From a bacterium (lineage in GTDB: Bacteria > Bacillota_I > Bacilli_A > Mycoplasmatales > Mycoplasmoidaceae), in NCBI GenBank assembly GCA_017448105.1, contig JAFSMC010000003.1, positions 7,360-71,359 on the forward strand: a DNA stretch of 64,000 nucleotides. The letters run 5' to 3'. Below the pieces are notes generated by a model. That model was not told where the DNA came from. It did not search any database and saw only the letters and a list, made by a program, of their open reading frames with translations. Positions 60,301 through 64,000 of this stretch are shown here, in pieces; position 1 is the first letter of the stretch; each line of letters starts with the position of its first letter. Both the position numbers and the translations under genes were made by a program.

Positions 60301-62586
60301 CGGAAGCAATGAGCAAGCAATGGCTCATTTGCTAAATCCATTAGCTCTCATGATCCCAACATTAACTCTATTCTTGTCAATATACTTTTTGATAACAATA
60401 AAGCATATTAACAAACCAATAATAATTGATAATGTACACAAAACAAGTGTAATTGTATTAATGGTTTTAATAAAGTCATTAACAAAAGCGATTCTCATTC
60501 CACTTGGAGTCAAGACGTTGTTCTTGTCATCATTAAAATAAGTAGAATTAAGCTCTTGTGGATAAATCATATTAGTTTTACTTCAATCATTAATTTCATC
60601 AATGATTTGCGCTGCTCTTTTATCACTTACATTGGGTTTAAATTTGCCAAGTAAAAACTGTTCAATAGGTGAATTAACAAATGATAAACCAATGCTTTGA
60701 TAACCTAAAGTATTTAGATAAATAAGACATTCATTTGTGGCATTTGGTGAAGGACGAGTTAATTCAACAATTGGATACATAAAGTCTGCAGAAATACCAC
60801 AACCTCAAATAATTAAGTTGTAACCACCACAAGCAATTAAATAATCTTCGCTTATTCCTTTTCATTCATCAGCTGTAATATCAATAGATTTTGATATTGA
60901 ACCATTAGTTGGAATTTTATATGATTGTTTGGTAACATTACCAGGATTTTTTCAAAATAAAAATTCATCATATGTTAATCAATTGAATCAATCTAAAATG
61001 GTTTGTTGATTAATTGCAGAATGATTGGTTGCTTTATATCATTCATTAAATGGTTGAAAAGATGTAAACATTTCATTGGAAATGACTTTTTTACCAATAG
61101 CATTTAGATGTTGTGGATTTACAATCGATAAAAATGAAGTATAGTTGGCAATGGTACATGTACTTGGAAGTAGTGCTATTGTCCAATTAAAAACAACTGT
61201 TCCATTAGCACTAAAATTAATTGTTTCATCTGAATAGTCTTTTTTATACTCTTTATATTTTCCATAAATACCATTTGGTTGGTAAAAAAGATCAAAATAA
61301 TCATCTTGACTAGTATTAATTGCAGCTAAATTATTAATCAATTCAACATTTTTTGCAGAAGATGAAAATTGACCAGCTGACATTCTTTTGAAACGAATAT
61401 GCATAATTTGTGAATATAGATATTTGGCATCATCTGACCATTCATCAAAATCATCATATAAAGGTGTTTTTAAAACGTCTTGAAAATTGCTTGGAACAAC
61501 AAGTTTATCACCGTTTGATTTTGTTTCAATTGCAGTGCCTGGAATTAATATAGAACCACTTTGGTTATAAAAAATAATTTCTGAATTATATGGAGCTCAT
61601 TGATCTTGATCTAATAGTTCATAACCTGTATGATGATCTTTATCTTCAAAAAGAACAACCTTATCAATTGTACTTTTTGGATTAGCTTCAATAATTTTGT
61701 AAAAGATTTTTTCAGGTGTAGCAGTAACATTTAAGGAATTAAATTGTTGATAATCTAATTCATCACTATATTTATTTTTTAATAAATCTTGTAATGGTGA
61801 AATTTCCATTCTAGAGATTTGTGAGAAAATGGTTTTTTGTTGTTTAGATATTTCTTGAATAATTTTTTCATAATCATAGTAGAATGGAGTAGTTTGTAGG
61901 TTAATTAAATCACTCAATTTATTAGTTTTTCAAATGGTTTTTTCTTTGGTGGAGTTAATTGAATCAATATATTCATTTCAAAGATTAGTAAAGTACTGAG
62001 CAAATTCAGAAGTTGTATCACCACTATCAGTTAAAACTACTTTAAATGATGTAACACTTTTATCACTTTTTTGGGCATAATATTGATACAAACCAGTTGA
62101 ATCGTAAGGCGATAAGTCAATATCATACCATCTTGTCACAGTAGTTTGACCATCAACCGCCGTTTCACAATAAAAATTGCCAAGGCCAAAATAGTTGGTT
62201 AGTGAAGTGGTATTACCTTTAGGATTTAAAACACGACTATTACCATTTTGGTCATTTCACTGACCAAAAATTAAAACATTAACATTATCACTTGGTTTAC
62301 TAATATCTTCTTGGTAAGAATAAGTTTGAGTTGCTTGGTCTTTATATACACCTGAAAATTTAGGTGAAAAAGCTGGAGAACCAATATTGTATAGTTCGTT
62401 TGAAGTAAAACTATGTAAATTACTTTGATTGGCAATGTTATTAAATGATGTAGTAATATTAGTAGTCATATTGTTGACTAAACAAAATATTCCTAAAGTG
62501 AGAAACACCAAGATGGTAAGAGTAAATAATGCAATTTTATTTTTTTTGCATGAAAGTAAGGTGTTTTTAAATAGATGTTTCGACAT
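57349..62586 (-). CDS. giant ABC permease with two FtsX domains and large extracytoplasmic regions
   Basis: Eight track ORFs all share one frame. I translated the largest gap (58219-58848) and found TGA only. FtsX-like segments near 57460-57700 and 60000-60420. 1745 codons. Confidence 0.8.
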
Positions 62587-62668
62587 ACCAAAAACAATAT
62601 AAACTCTACATATTATATAAATAATAACATTATTTGTATGTTGTTCATTTGATAACCATTAGGTTTTA

Positions 62669-64000
<1,332 letters not shown>

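Overview
AT-rich chromosomal segment of a Mollicute (Mycoplasma-like) genome that reads UGA as Trp (translation table 4). The supplied standard-code ORF track therefore cuts almost every gene into pieces. After re-joining same-frame pieces across TGA I count about 59 protein genes and one tRNA (Arg-UCG). I see no rRNA, CRISPR array, transposase, integrase or phage genes. Most of the content is tightly packed housekeeping, often with 1-20 nt overlaps: mnmA, pcrA, serS-tmk-holB-mnmE, scpAB, plsC, rpsU, holA-comEC, pgi, yqeG-nadD/yqeK-mtnN, parE-parC, miaA, hemW, gmk-rlmN-stp-prkC, pepF, dnaG, glyQS, ftsH, pta, coaD, mutM. The items that deserve a second look are listed here. (1) A 764-codon fusion of an 8-helix flippase-like membrane domain to UDP-galactopyranose mutase. 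(2) A C39-peptidase ABC-type exporter whose ATPase domain has lost Walker A, coupled to a small membrane protein. (3) A pentapeptide-repeat gene split by one nucleotide in an A5 run. (4) A pyruvate:ferredoxin oxidoreductase in a code-4 organism. (5) A 1745-codon double-FtsX permease paired with an ABC ATPase that carries a 285-residue N-terminal extension. (6) A yqeG whose conserved N-terminus has no canonical start codon in frame. All calls come from reading and hand-translating the sequence. No database search was possible, so family assignments rest on motifs I recognise, and the species is not identified.
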